NCBI GenBank assembly: GCA_002707695.1 | Contig: PANR01000018.1 | Location: 1,865-65,864 of the forward strand | Source of the DNA: Legionellaceae bacterium | Lineage (GTDB): Bacteria > Pseudomonadota > Gammaproteobacteria > UBA12402 | DNA length: 64,000 nt | Direction: 5' to 3' | In this document: positions 10,437-18,888 of the stretch, piece after piece | How the letters are laid out: the number at the start of each line of letters is the position of its first letter | Position numbering within the stretch: position 1 is the stretch's first letter | The notes under the pieces: generated by a model | The model's input: only the letters and a program-made list of their open reading frames with translations | The model's database searches: none | Told to the model about the DNA's origin: nothing | Translations under genes and position numbers: made by a program

Positions 10437-11438
10437 ATGGAAAATTTCTGGAAAAACAAGCGCGTCCTTATCACTGGCATCTGTGGCACCATTGGCCAAG
10501 AGCTATTGCGCCAACTACATGAAGCAGCGGTGTCTGAAATAGTAGGTATTGATAATAATGAAACAGGGCTTTTTTTCCTCAAACAAAAATATCAAACAAG
10601 CTCTCACATCACACTCGAGCTAGGCGATCTCAGAGACCGCGATAGGTTGATAAGCATAATGCGCGGCATTGATGTGGTATTACATGCAGCCGCCTTAAAG
10701 CACGTCGGCCTATGCGAGCAATCTCCTTCGGACGCTATTCAAACGAATATTTTAGGCACTCAAAACATTATTCAGGCCGCTATTCACAACAAAGTGGCTA
10801 GAGTGCTATACACCTCATCTGATAAAGCCGTCAACCCAACTAATGTAATGGGCACCTCAAAGCTAATGGGAGAGCGCCTCATTACAGCGGCCAACAATTT
10901 TGGCGATGGCAATACGGTATTTCTTTCAACACGATTTGGAAATGTGTTGGGGTCAAGAGGGTCGGTTATTCCACTTTTCAAAAAACAAATTGCCCAGGGA
11001 GGGCCTGTTACACTGACGCATCCTGACATGACACGCTTTATCATGACACTCTCTGAAGCCACAAAATTAGTGATTGACAGTGCCTTTCTTGGCAATGCCG
11101 GTGAAGTTATGGTGACTAAAATGCCAGCCATCAACATAAAAGATTTGGCTGAAATTATGGTTCGAGAGCTTGATCCGTCGGTGCAAATTAAGTTGATCGG
11201 TTCAAAGATTGGCGAAAAAATGTATGAAGAACTGGTTAACGAAGAAGAAGTTCGCCGAACGAGGGAAACCAATAATTATTTTATTATTGAACCTGCTTTT
11301 GCCGCTCAGCGAAGCAATGCGCCATCCATCCACTCTGCATACAATTCACAAAAAAGTAAAAAAATGTCCAGAGAAGATCTGCGAACCTATTTGAAAAAGA
11401 ATCAGCTTCTTCACGAACAAGAGGAAGTGATAGCATGA
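10437..11438 (+). CDS. short soluble CapD/PseB/WbpM-C-terminal-like UDP-sugar 4,6-dehydratase
   Basis: The 333-aa protein has a GxxGxxG start (ITGICGTIGQ) and the motif TSSDKAVNPTNVMGTSK with FGNVLGSRGSVIPLF. These are near-identical to the catalytic domain of the WbpM-like protein at 27889..29754. Confidence 0.75.
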   Translation: MENFWKNKRVLITGICGTIGQELLRQLHEAAVSEIVGIDNNETGLFFLKQKYQTSSHITLELGDLRDRDRLISIMRGIDVVLHAAALKHVGLCEQSPSDAIQTNILGTQNIIQAAIHNKVARVLYTSSDKAVNPTNVMGTSKLMGERLITAANNFGDGNTVFLSTRFGNVLGSRGSVIPLFKKQIAQGGPVTLTHPDMTRFIMTLSEATKLVIDSAFLGNAGEVMVTKMPAINIKDLAEIMVRELDPSVQIKLIGSKIGEKMYEELVNEEEVRRTRETNNYFIIEPAFAAQRSNAPSIHSAYNSQKSKKMSREDLRTYLKKNQLLHEQEEVIA

Positions 11439-12580
11439 ACGTTTTAATTCTTGGTGCCGACGGTTATCTTGGCTGGCCGACAGCAATGTTTTTTGCACAA
11501 CAGGGCCACAAAGTTTGCGCGGTTGATAACTATTTGCGGCGCAAGCTGGCCGCAGCGCATCAAGCCGAAGCACTTATCCCCACGCCAGATTTACAGAAGC
11601 GTGCTGAGATTTTTAAACGTCAAACTGGCAACGCAATTGAAACACACATTGTTGATTGCGCCGACTATGAACAACTATCCAGTCTTTTTCAATCGTTTAA
11701 GCCCGATGCAGTTATCCACTATGCCGAACAACCTTCTGCGCCTTTTTCTATGCTTGGGTTTAAAAACGCCTCCTTGACCCTAAATAATAATCTTAATACG
11801 ACATTCAATGTGATTTGGGCTGTCATGGAACATGCGCCTGACTGTCACATTATCAAACTTGGCACAATGGGCGAGTATGGCACGCCAAATATTGATATCG
11901 AAGAAGGCTGGCTGAACATCACGCACAATGGCCGCTCAGATAAATTTTTATATCCCAGACAAGCGGGCAGCCTCTACCACACAACAAAAGTGTTAGATAC
12001 GGATTTACTCTGGTTCTATGTTCGCAACAATAAATTGCGCGTTACTGACCTCATGCAAGGGCCTGTATATGGACTATCAACGCCTGAAACCGAGCTAGAT
12101 GATGAGCTCTTACCTAATTTTCACTACGATGATATATTTGGCACTGTCGTTAACCGATTTCTTGTGCAAGCAGTTGCCGGCATGCCATTGACCGTTTATG
12201 GAAGTGGCGGTCAGACGCGTGGTTACCTCAATTTAAATGATACGCTACAATGCGTTAAGTTGGCGGCTGATACGCCAGCAAAACCAGGTGAGTTACGAGT
12301 ATTTAACCAGCTTACCGAATTATTTAGCGTTAACCAACTGGCCGAGAAAATCAAAAATGTTGGAGATGGCCTGAACCTAAATGTACAAATAAAATCAATC
12401 ACCAACCCACGGAAAGAAAATGAAGACCACTATTATAATGTTAAGCATCACGGCCTTGCCGAGCTAGGCTTAAAACCACACCTCATGACAGATGAAGTTA
12501 TCAAAGGCATGTTAAACAAAGTGCTTAACTTCAAAGACAACATCGATGAGTCAAAAATTCTTCCCAAAATAAAATGGTAG
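11435..12580 (+). CDS. sqdB: UDP-sulfoquinovose synthase (SQD1 / SqdB / Agl3 family)
   Basis: The N-terminal motif LGADGYLGW matches the SQD1 GGDGYCGW, with DNYLRRK following. The stretch KLGTMGEYGTPNIDIEEGW..ITHNGRSD..YHTTKV matches the SQD1 active-site region as I recall it. The protein is 381 aa. Confidence 0.8.
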   Translation: MNVLILGADGYLGWPTAMFFAQQGHKVCAVDNYLRRKLAAAHQAEALIPTPDLQKRAEIFKRQTGNAIETHIVDCADYEQLSSLFQSFKPDAVIHYAEQPSAPFSMLGFKNASLTLNNNLNTTFNVIWAVMEHAPDCHIIKLGTMGEYGTPNIDIEEGWLNITHNGRSDKFLYPRQAGSLYHTTKVLDTDLLWFYVRNNKLRVTDLMQGPVYGLSTPETELDDELLPNFHYDDIFGTVVNRFLVQAVAGMPLTVYGSGGQTRGYLNLNDTLQCVKLAADTPAKPGELRVFNQLTELFSVNQLAEKIKNVGDGLNLNVQIKSITNPRKENEDHYYNVKHHGLAELGLKPHLMTDEVIKGMLNKVLNFKDNIDESKILPKIKW

Positions 12581-12593
12581 CTGTGTCAAACCT

Positions 12594-13574
12594 ATGATAA
12601 CTGCTAAACAGATTGTTAAAAAAAACTTAGCAAAATTATTTATTTCTCTATTGATCACCCTATTTTTAGGTGGCTTCATCGTACAGTATACCAACTTTGA
12701 AAAGTTTTTAGCAACTTTCCAAAATATTCACTGGTTTTATTTTTTGTTATCTATTGGCCTCTTCATTCTTTATCAATATATTAGACGGCTTAGGTTTCAA
12801 CTGTTAATTAACGCCAGCTGCAATCAATTACATCTTTTGAATACACAATGCATTCATTCTGCCGCAAGAAATATTTTACCCATTGGCTTAGGCGAAGCTG
12901 CATTTGTTTACTTAATGAAACGTTTTTATCGATGCAGTTATCACGAAACCACAGCTGCTATTATTATTGCAAAAATGTTAGACCTATTAATTTTGCTCTT
13001 TCTATCAACCGCATTCGTTGTGTTTCTTTCCGCAACTTTCCAAAAAAACATAATTATTGCCTTATTTGGGCTGTTGTTATTATTACTAATCTCATCAGCT
13101 GGTATTTTTTTGTTGTTACGCATCGAAAGAAACAGGCGGCTGAAGAAAAAAGATTTCAAAAACTCTTTTTTGAGCAGAAACTTAACGTTACTTGCGTCTT
13201 CCATCAGAACCGTTATAAAAAAGGGCATGAGCTACAAACTTGGCGTTTATTCAATAGCCATGATCACGGTAATGTATTTCTTTTATGTCTCTTTGTTCCA
13301 TACGCTAGGGCTCAACCTTAAATGGCATGTAACGGCAATTGCCTACTTAGTTGCTGGCGGCATTGGCTTACTACCCATAAAAGGACTTGCAAATATTGGT
13401 ACATTTGAGGCCCCCTGGTTTATCGTGTTAACCAGCTTTAATCTATCGACAGAAAAGGCCGCTATTGCTAGTTTTGGTGTACACATTTTGTTATTTGTTA
13501 GTGTATTTATTTCGCTGATAATTTCAACAAGCTTACTCATTATTTCAAAGAACCTACATAAACCACTTCAGTGA
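12594..13574 (+). CDS. flippase-like polytopic membrane protein (UPF0104 / LPG-synthase-TM-type)
   Basis: The 326-aa protein has about 8 TM segments. It is arranged directly upstream of a GtrB-like GT2, as in lipid-linked glycosylation modules. Confidence 0.5.
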   Translation: MITAKQIVKKNLAKLFISLLITLFLGGFIVQYTNFEKFLATFQNIHWFYFLLSIGLFILYQYIRRLRFQLLINASCNQLHLLNTQCIHSAARNILPIGLGEAAFVYLMKRFYRCSYHETTAAIIIAKMLDLLILLFLSTAFVVFLSATFQKNIIIALFGLLLLLLISSAGIFLLLRIERNRRLKKKDFKNSFLSRNLTLLASSIRTVIKKGMSYKLGVYSIAMITVMYFFYVSLFHTLGLNLKWHVTAIAYLVAGGIGLLPIKGLANIGTFEAPWFIVLTSFNLSTEKAAIASFGVHILLFVSVFISLIISTSLLIISKNLHKPLQ

Positions 13575-13667
13575 GTGCAGCAGAACTCTGCACAACAACA
13601 TCCCAGTCAAAGCATACATAAAGACTCCTAGATCAGGTAGCCTAACAGCGAGCTTTTATGCTACAGT

Positions 13668-14729
13668 ATGCCTACTATGAGCTCATTCTCACTGCTACGA
13701 ACATCTGGGTTAATTCTAGGCCTCGTTTTTCTAGTCGCCTTATTCAAAACGCTGCGCAGCACCCCTGGCCGGCGCATGTATGTTAATACTTTTTTCTTGT
13801 TGGGCTCCGGACTCATTCTTGTCTCCCTGTTTCCAAATATTATAAATTCTCCCGCTGCCTTTTTCTCACTATCGAACGTTAAAGGCGGGCGCATTATTAC
13901 TTTACTCATCGTCGCTAACATCGCCTTATTACTATTTGCACTATATATAAATAAAAGAACTTACCAGATAAAATCTCAAATCAACCAATTTATCGAAAAA
14001 GTTGTGAGCAGTGAGACATCAAAAAATGCTTCAAACGAGAATTTATCTGAATTCATTGTAGTATTAATCCCCGCATATAACGAAGCAGAAAATTTAAAAA
14101 TGTTGCTGCCTAAAATACCCAGCTCTATTCATGGAAAAATTGTAAAGGCTCTAATTGTTGATGATGGTAGCTCTGACAGTACTGGCATAGTTGCCGAAGC
14201 AAATAACGCCATTCTTATTAAGCACCCATTCAACCGCGGAGGCGGCGCAGCACTAAGAACCGGTTACCAATTTGCAAAACAAAATCATGCGACCATCATC
14301 GTTACAATGGATGCTGATGGTCAACACGACCCGCGAGAGCTTGTGAACCTGACCACTCCTCTTCTTGAAAAGAAGGCGGACTTTGTTATCGGATCAAGAA
14401 CGCTTGGCTCATTTGACAGCTACTCACGAACCAGGATTCTTGGCTTATACTTTTTTAACTTCCTTCTCACCGTGCTGATGGGAATCAAAGTCACCGACTG
14501 TTCTAGTGGCTACAGGGCATTAAACTTATCTGCGCTTAGTCAAATTAGACTGCGCCAAGATCAATACCACACTGCCGAATTAATTATTGATGCGGCAAAA
14601 AATGGGGTCAAGATACTCGACGTCCCTATTCATGTCTCGCCACGCTACAGCGGTGAAAGCAAAAAAGGACACAATCTCTTTTATGCTTTCCGATTTTTAC
14701 GAACCATATTAACTTCTTGGTGGGCGTAA
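13668..14729 (+). CDS. GT2 polyprenyl-phosphate sugar synthase (DPM1/ArnC/GtrB-like) with an N-terminal TM region
   Basis: The protein has the motifs VLIPAYNE, DDGSSD and TMDADGQHDP (DxD) after two N-terminal TM helices. Confidence 0.7.
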   Translation: MPTMSSFSLLRTSGLILGLVFLVALFKTLRSTPGRRMYVNTFFLLGSGLILVSLFPNIINSPAAFFSLSNVKGGRIITLLIVANIALLLFALYINKRTYQIKSQINQFIEKVVSSETSKNASNENLSEFIVVLIPAYNEAENLKMLLPKIPSSIHGKIVKALIVDDGSSDSTGIVAEANNAILIKHPFNRGGGAALRTGYQFAKQNHATIIVTMDADGQHDPRELVNLTTPLLEKKADFVIGSRTLGSFDSYSRTRILGLYFFNFLLTVLMGIKVTDCSSGYRALNLSALSQIRLRQDQYHTAELIIDAAKNGVKILDVPIHVSPRYSGESKKGHNLFYAFRFLRTILTSWWA

Positions 14730-14759
14730 TCGTTGCTCGCACGATCGCATGAGCAATTC

Positions 14760-15911
14760 TTAAAGGTAACCAATATGCTCAAGCTTTAGCAGTATTTTTT
14801 GCACAGCCTCATCCGGCAAACAATTCGCCGCGTCAATAGCAAGCTCCGGGCTTGTTGGCACTTCATAAGGATCATCAATCCCAGTGAAATTTTTTATCTC
14901 ACCTTCACGGGCTTTTTTATACAGGCCTTTCCGGTCGCGCTGTTCACACACCTCCAAGCTGGTTGACACGTATATCTCAACATAACCTGCGCCATGCTGA
15001 TCAACCAACTTCCTGACGTCTGCTCTCGCTTCTTCGTAGGGGGCAATAGGCGCACAAATAGCAACGCCACCGTGTTTGGCAATCTCACTTGCAACAAAAC
15101 CAATACGTCTAACATTGATGTTACGGTCCTCCTTAGAAAAACCTAAACCCTTTGATAACGCTTGTTTACGTATCAAGTCGCCATCAAGCAGCGTCACAGC
15201 ACGACCGCCTATTTCTAATAATTTAATCATCAATGCATTAGCGATGGTTGATTTCCCAGCACCTGACAAACCAGTAAAAAACACTACAAAACCTTGCTTA
15301 GATTTAGGAGGATGTGTTTTACGCAACTCATCGATAATTTCTGGATAAGAAAACCATGCAGGCACTTCTATACCATCACGCAAACGACGCCTAAATTCGG
15401 TGCCTGATATTGTTAGAACGGTTTCACCACCGCTTAATTTATCTTTTGGCAAGTACTGCCCTTTTTCTTCAACGTAAACTACCTCTTGAAAAGGAATCAT
15501 TTCAATACCAATCTCACCTTCATACCGCCTTATTAAATCTTGCGCATCATAAGGACCATAAAAATCTTGCCCTTGAGAATTTTTTCCAGGACCCGCGTGA
15601 TCACGCCCAACGATGAAATGAGTGCAACCATAATTTTTGCGAATGATTGCATGCCACAATGCCTCGCGCGGCCCAGCCATGCGCATCGCGAGCGGCAACA
15701 AGCTCAACATAGTTGTTTGCTCAGGATATCGCTGAAGCATTTTTTCATAGCAACGAACACGGGTGTAATGATCTATGTCGCCGGGCTTGGTCATACCAAC
15801 CACAGGATGAATCAATAAATTAGCCTCATTATCTTTAGCAGCTCTCAACGTAAGCTCTTGATGCGCACGGTGCATTGGGTTGCGCGTTTGAAACGCAACA
15901 ATTTTTTCCAA
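14760..15911 (-). CDS. sat/cysC: ATP sulfurylase catalytic domain fused to APS kinase (Sat-CysC); the C-terminal portion of a frameshifted gene
   Basis: The ATP sulfurylase motifs are VAFQTRNPMHRAH and GRDHAGPG. The APS kinase P-loop is FFTGLSGAGKST. The gene continues from 15845..16468 in another frame. Confidence 0.75.
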   Translation of the reverse strand: MEKIVAFQTRNPMHRAHQELTLRAAKDNEANLLIHPVVGMTKPGDIDHYTRVRCYEKMLQRYPEQTTMLSLLPLAMRMAGPREALWHAIIRKNYGCTHFIVGRDHAGPGKNSQGQDFYGPYDAQDLIRRYEGEIGIEMIPFQEVVYVEEKGQYLPKDKLSGGETVLTISGTEFRRRLRDGIEVPAWFSYPEIIDELRKTHPPKSKQGFVVFFTGLSGAGKSTIANALMIKLLEIGGRAVTLLDGDLIRKQALSKGLGFSKEDRNINVRRIGFVASEIAKHGGVAICAPIAPYEEARADVRKLVDQHGAGYVEIYVSTSLEVCEQRDRKGLYKKAREGEIKNFTGIDDPYEVPTSPELAIDAANCLPDEAVQKILLKLEHIGYL

Positions 15912-16468
15912 CCTAACTTTTGGAACTGCGCCTTAAGCTCTGCGGGGGTGTGACGCAAATGCCGAAAATCGTAGTGCGTAGGTACAGCCGCTTTTTTAAG
16001 CTTACCACCCACATAATATTCACCCGCATGCTTGTGCAAATAACAAACAGCCGGATGTGCCATGTCATCCGCGCCAAAAACCGCCTTGGCCTCTAACGAT
16101 TTATCAGGCCGCCAGATATCGGTCACAGTTAAAATGGCAACCAACATTCCTTCTGGATCCCTTAGCGCAATTTCTGCCCCGCACTTGACTGATTGAGCAA
16201 ATAACCTCGACACATCGAGCGTAATCGGCATGGGCCAAAGTGTGCCATTTTGTAGACGCATACTGGCAAGAACGCTTTGATAATCTGCTTGAGACATGAA
16301 CCCATTCAACGGCGCAAAGCCTCCATTAATAAGTAATTCAAGATCACAAAGTTGTCGGGGTGCAAGAGACCATTCAAGCATAGCCGCTTCTTTTTGGTCA
16401 TTAGTTTGCTTTAGACCCAACATTAAATCAGATATTTTTTCATCAAATGGTGTAATTTCTTCACCCAT
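15845..16468 (-). CDS. sat: ATP sulfurylase N-terminal (PUA-like) domain; the N-terminal portion of the frameshifted sat-cysC
   Basis: The fragment ends ..FQKLGWKK exactly where sulfurylases continue ..VVAFQTRNP. The frames switch at an A6 run (T6 at 15902-15907 on the + strand). Confidence 0.7.
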   Translation of the reverse strand: MGEEITPFDEKISDLMLGLKQTNDQKEAAMLEWSLAPRQLCDLELLINGGFAPLNGFMSQADYQSVLASMRLQNGTLWPMPITLDVSRLFAQSVKCGAEIALRDPEGMLVAILTVTDIWRPDKSLEAKAVFGADDMAHPAVCYLHKHAGEYYVGGKLKKAAVPTHYDFRHLRHTPAELKAQFQKLGWKKLLRFKRATQCTVRIKSLR

Positions 16469-16730
16469 CTCTCACCTCACACATGAAACCATAGCAAACA
16501 TAAGTTGCTTCCAACTAACGTTTACTTTGTCTCGCATAGTAAACTAATCAGGACTTGACTTCATCATCGGCCAGTCAATTTAATAAAAAGTAAAATATGA
16601 TTTAACCACCCATTTTCTTATTCCCCAACCATTTCAGAAATTTCACCAGCACTTTTATTGCTCTAAGCTTGCAAATCAATTACTATTTGCTCAAATCCCC
16701 TGTCAACTAGAGCAAGAAGGATAGCAAAAC

Positions 16731-16979
16731 TTGATAAAACCAACAGATGCAAGGCGACGAAGCTTTCTCAAAGCCTTGAGCTGGCGATGCTTGGCTACAC
16801 TCACAACTTTTCTTATCAGTTATGTCGTAACGGGCAACTTTGCTTTTGCTGCCTCTATCGGTGGCCTTGAAGTCATTGCAAAAATTATTCTGTATTACTT
16901 TCATGAAAGAGCGTGGAATCAAGCCAGATTTTGGCAACATGTAAAACAACCAGATGAGCCTGCAGCGGATGCAAAATAG
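16731..16979 (+). CDS. DUF2061-like small membrane protein
   Basis: The 82-aa protein has two TM helices and a WRCLATLTTFLISYVVTG...YYFHERAW pattern. It is typically found beside APS/PAPS reductase genes. Confidence 0.55.
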   Translation: MIKPTDARRRSFLKALSWRCLATLTTFLISYVVTGNFAFAASIGGLEVIAKIILYYFHERAWNQARFWQHVKQPDEPAADAK

Positions 16980-17712
16980 CCCTCGATTTGCTAGCCCTGA
17001 TAGCCTAGAAATTCAGACAAAAAAATTAGAGACTTTTACGCCGCAAGAAATTCTGGCTTGGGCCTGGAATGAATACGCACCTCGAGTAAAAGTTGCCACC
17101 GGCTTTGGCGCCGAGGGCATGGTTTTAATTCACATGCTTGCCGAAATCGCGCCTCAAATATCTGTGTTTAATTTAGACACTGGTTATCAATTTCCTGAAA
17201 GCCTGTCACTCAAAGAAGCCGTTAAAAAACGCTATGGTATTGATATCAAACTTGTGCAGCCAGAAACTTCCGTAACAGACTATGAAAAAATTCATGGTGG
17301 CCCTGTTTATTTAACCGACGCAAATCAATGCTGTCATGATAGAAAAGTAACTGTCTTAAAAAAAGCACTGCAAGGAACCTCTGCCTGGCTAACTGCGATT
17401 AGGCGAGACCAGAGCCCAACCCGATCTAATGTGCCCATTTTGGGCTGGGATAAACAATTTAACCTTGTCAAAATCAACCCACTCGCCAACTGGAACAAGC
17501 ATGACGTATGGGCATTTATAAAAAAATACAACATTCCCTACAACCCCTTATATGATCAAGGCTATACCAGCATTGGGTGCTGGCCTTGCACAAAAAAACC
17601 CAATAATAGTGACGAACGATCCGGACGGTGGTCAGGGAGCGAGAAAACTGAATGTGGCATTCACCACCCAAACTTGAAAATCAATTCAACTCACTCACTA
17701 AAGTCTCAATAA
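16954..17712 (+). CDS. cysH: phosphoadenosine phosphosulfate (PAPS) reductase CysH
   Basis: The protein has the PP-loop region and the C-terminal KTECGIH active-site Cys motif. Confidence 0.85.
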   Translation: MSLQRMQNSPRFASPDSLEIQTKKLETFTPQEILAWAWNEYAPRVKVATGFGAEGMVLIHMLAEIAPQISVFNLDTGYQFPESLSLKEAVKKRYGIDIKLVQPETSVTDYEKIHGGPVYLTDANQCCHDRKVTVLKKALQGTSAWLTAIRRDQSPTRSNVPILGWDKQFNLVKINPLANWNKHDVWAFIKKYNIPYNPLYDQGYTSIGCWPCTKKPNNSDERSGRWSGSEKTECGIHHPNLKINSTHSLKSQ

Positions 17713-18772
17713 TTAGATCCTGCTGACTCGCATTAATATATGGATGCATCGGCAAACTTAGCACTTGACCTGACAATTCTTCAGAGGTGAAAAGCTTGTC
17801 AGAACAAATGATTTGTTCTTTGTAAGCAGGCTGTTTATGTAGAGGCTCAGGATAATGCACAATACTCGGAATTCCCTGTTTTTTTAAAGCGAGCATCGCG
17901 CTATCTCTATCCTCAAGTCTGATGACGTACTGCGCATACACACTTCTGCCAAATGCTTCCACGAAAGGTAATTGAATGTTTGTACCCAATCCTGTATTAT
18001 AACGATCAGCCACTTGTTGTCGCAACTCAATTTCTTCCGGAAAAATTTTTAATTTTTCTAATAAAATTGCGGCCTGAATGGTATCTAATCGAGAATTCAT
18101 TCCCACCCTAACATGCTGATACTTTTGCGCTTGGCCATGCACATGAATCTGCTTCATTCTTTCAGCTAACTCATCATCATCGGTAAAGCAGGCACCACCA
18201 TCACCATAACATCCAAGCGGTTTTGCAGGGAAAAAACTTGTTGTCGCAATCGTCGACAAATGGCAAGATCGCCGCCCCTTATATGTTGCCCCCATGCTTT
18301 GTGCAGCATCTTCGATAACCGGCAAATTGTGCTTCTTCGCGATTTGATTAATCGCATCAAAATCGCAGCACTGACCAAACAAATTCACAGGGACAATTGC
18401 TTTTGTTTTGGATGTGATAGCCGATTCCAGTTTAGACACATCTAGATTGAATGTTCTCTCATCGACATCAACCAACACGGGTGTGGCTCCCAAGAAAACA
18501 ATCATTTCAAGAGCAGCAATGTAGGAAAAAGCGGGGGCAATCACTTCATCGCCAGGGCCAATATCAAGCGCCATCATGGCAATCAGCAAAGCATCAGTAC
18601 CGTTGGCTACTGCGATACAATGCCGACTGTCAACAAATTGAGACAACGCTTCTTCAAGCTGCATCACCTCAGGACCCATGATATATTTCCCATGATCCAA
18701 TACTCTTTTAATGGCAGATTCTATTGGTTGTCTAATTTTTTTTTGTTGTGCTTCAATATCAATAAACTTCAC
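17681..18772 (-). CDS. DegT/DnrJ/EryC1-family PLP sugar aminotransferase (ArnB/WecE-like)
   Basis: The 363-aa protein has the family N-terminal pattern (GKYIMGPEV..LE..) and a conserved Lys region. Confidence 0.8.
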   Translation of the reverse strand: MKFIDIEAQQKKIRQPIESAIKRVLDHGKYIMGPEVMQLEEALSQFVDSRHCIAVANGTDALLIAMMALDIGPGDEVIAPAFSYIAALEMIVFLGATPVLVDVDERTFNLDVSKLESAITSKTKAIVPVNLFGQCCDFDAINQIAKKHNLPVIEDAAQSMGATYKGRRSCHLSTIATTSFFPAKPLGCYGDGGACFTDDDELAERMKQIHVHGQAQKYQHVRVGMNSRLDTIQAAILLEKLKIFPEEIELRQQVADRYNTGLGTNIQLPFVEAFGRSVYAQYVIRLEDRDSAMLALKKQGIPSIVHYPEPLHKQPAYKEQIICSDKLFTSEELSGQVLSLPMHPYINASQQDLIIETLVSELN

Positions 18773-18888
18773 ACCCTTCCCCTCCGCCTATAACCCACTG
18801 ACCCATACACCAGGTTGCAACAGGAATTGAATACGCTCTAAAAGTATCATAGAATCAGCTCCTCGACAAAGGGCGGGGGCATAAATTA

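Noticed and set aside
10437-11438. Calling this gene pseB specifically (pseudaminic acid pathway)
   Set aside because: No pseC/pseH/pseI/pseF partners are visible. The motifs only support a generic CapD/PseB/WbpM-type 4,6-dehydratase, so the functional call is kept at family level.
14733-14759. Bidirectional terminator between convergent GT2 and sat-cysC
   Set aside because: There is only a 6-bp imperfect stem and no T tract, so the feature is too weak to report.
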